Source of the DNA: Octopus sinensis
Taxonomy: Eukaryota
Length of the DNA: 64,000 nt
Direction of reading: 5' to 3'
Assembly (NCBI RefSeq): GCF_006345805.1
Contig: NC_043004.1
Span: 74,152,001-74,216,000, forward strand
Below the pieces are notes generated by a model, which saw only the letters and a list, made by a program, of their open reading frames with translations, was not told where the DNA came from and did not search any database. Each line of letters begins with the position of its first letter. The stretch's first letter is position 1. A program made the translations under genes and the position numbers. Of the stretch, positions 62,718 to 64,000 are shown one piece after another.

Positions 62718-63386
62718 AGGAAGCGTAGCAATGTGGTAAGAAGTTTCCTTCGTAATCACACGGCTCCGCGGTTGGGATTTTCTATCGGGTTCTCTTTCTC
62801 TGGTGTTCCTCTCTTTATTTCTCGATCTTTCTCAAGCATCTTTGATGGAACGCCTCTAGTTTTCTCTTTTCACAATGCTCTTCCTTGTCCTTGTTGTCGT
62901 GAACAGCTGTTGAGAGGTACATTCTATTATAGATTTGTATCATTGTGTATAGACCGTTGTTGGTAAAGAACTATATACCACAGATTCTCCGGAATACTGT
63001 GCAGATCCCAGATCAAATTACCCAAAACGGAAAAATAGCATTCAGCCAAAATAGCTTTAAACGTAGCAAAGTTTTACAATAATAGTTAATTACAAGTATA
63101 CTTTTATTAGTTTCTATTTAATAGATTTAATGTTTCTATTAGTTACAGGTAAGTTTACATTAATGAGTATGCAGTGTTTTTATTATTAACTTTTGATTTA
63201 TGAAATGATGTATTTCACTCATAATTAGTTTATTATTCGTAAATTCAATTCAATCAATTGTGTTTTCTTTTGGAGAGGAAATAAAGTTTTCATCTTTTAT
63301 TATAGTAGTAACTATGGAAGACTGACGGGATGCATATTTGTAAGGACTTTAAGATTGCTGGTTATTTAGTATATAATTTAGTTATT

Positions 63387-63697
63387 ATATTGTTGTATTT
63401 AGGAATGGTCATTTTGCCAGTTTAGCCAATAAAAACACACGCACTATATATTTGGAGTTACTTTGCTTCAGCGTTATTTATTTTTTTACTTTTTTACATT
63501 AATCTTAATCTTATTTCGGCCCCAGTTCTTTCGGCACACACCTGTGACCTCATCAGTGGTCCTTTGCTGTCTTCTTTCTTATTTGTGTGTCTCTCCTTAC
63601 TAACGGTCAGCCATTTTGTATTTTGTATTCCTATTGTATGTGTCTTCATTTGCGCATATTAAACTGGCAAAATGACCATTCCTAAATACAACAATAT
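63387..63697. repeat. Perfect 38-bp inverted repeat with a 235-nt spacer
   Basis: ATATTGTTGTATTTAGGAATGGTCATTTTGCCAGTTTA (63387-63424) and its reverse complement (63660-63697). Confidence 0.95.
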
Positions 63698-64000
63698 CTG
63701 TTTCAACACACGATTTCGCATAAAAATTCTTGAAAAGCAATATATTAGTTATTATAGGTTTACTATTATACTGATACAGATATACATAGATTTATGTATA
63801 TCTTTTTTGTGTAGTTTAATTTTAAAGTTAGTGTTTAAATCCTGCCTTTACTTAAAGGTTTGGTCGCTGTTTAGTTACATATTTAGGAGTTGGTTTTTGG
63901 TTTACTTATTGAATTTTTTATTGATACTGTTGTACATTGGGTAAATGTGTTTGAAATTTGTTGTTTCTTTGGCATGTTTGTTCCCAAACAACACTTATTT

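Overview
AT-rich, microsatellite-saturated animal DNA that is almost entirely transposable elements. The SINE families and composition suggest a cephalopod, probably Octopus (inference, not verified). Elements seen: Penelope-like elements (PLEs; RT + GIY-YIG) of several families; CR1/L2-type, RTE, Tx1 and R4/Dong-type LINEs; three mariner elements; tRNA-derived SINEs; Helitron-like repeats. One host gene is supportable: two coding exons (19190-19238 + 23686-23924) encoding a 95-aa secreted Cys-rich galaxin-like peptide. Main points of interest: (1) a nearly intact CR1/L2-type LINE (28735-33065) whose ORF1 region carries a Myb/SANT-like domain, polyQ and two CCCH fingers (the finger frame is missed by the ORF track), and whose AUG-less ORF2 overlaps ORF1 in the -1 frame at a U UUU UUA heptamer; (2) three long fold-back palindromes (3.3, 0.47 and 2.6 kb) with one shared architecture between (TA)n tracts, two carrying PLE-type hammerhead ribozymes; (3) several hammerheads with core variants (U3-A8, U4G, extra U after A9); (4) two RTE copies with triple C2H2-finger tails. 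Many indels lie in homopolymers, so sequencing or assembly error is a live alternative for frameshifts and palindromes. Boundaries of decayed elements are approximate.
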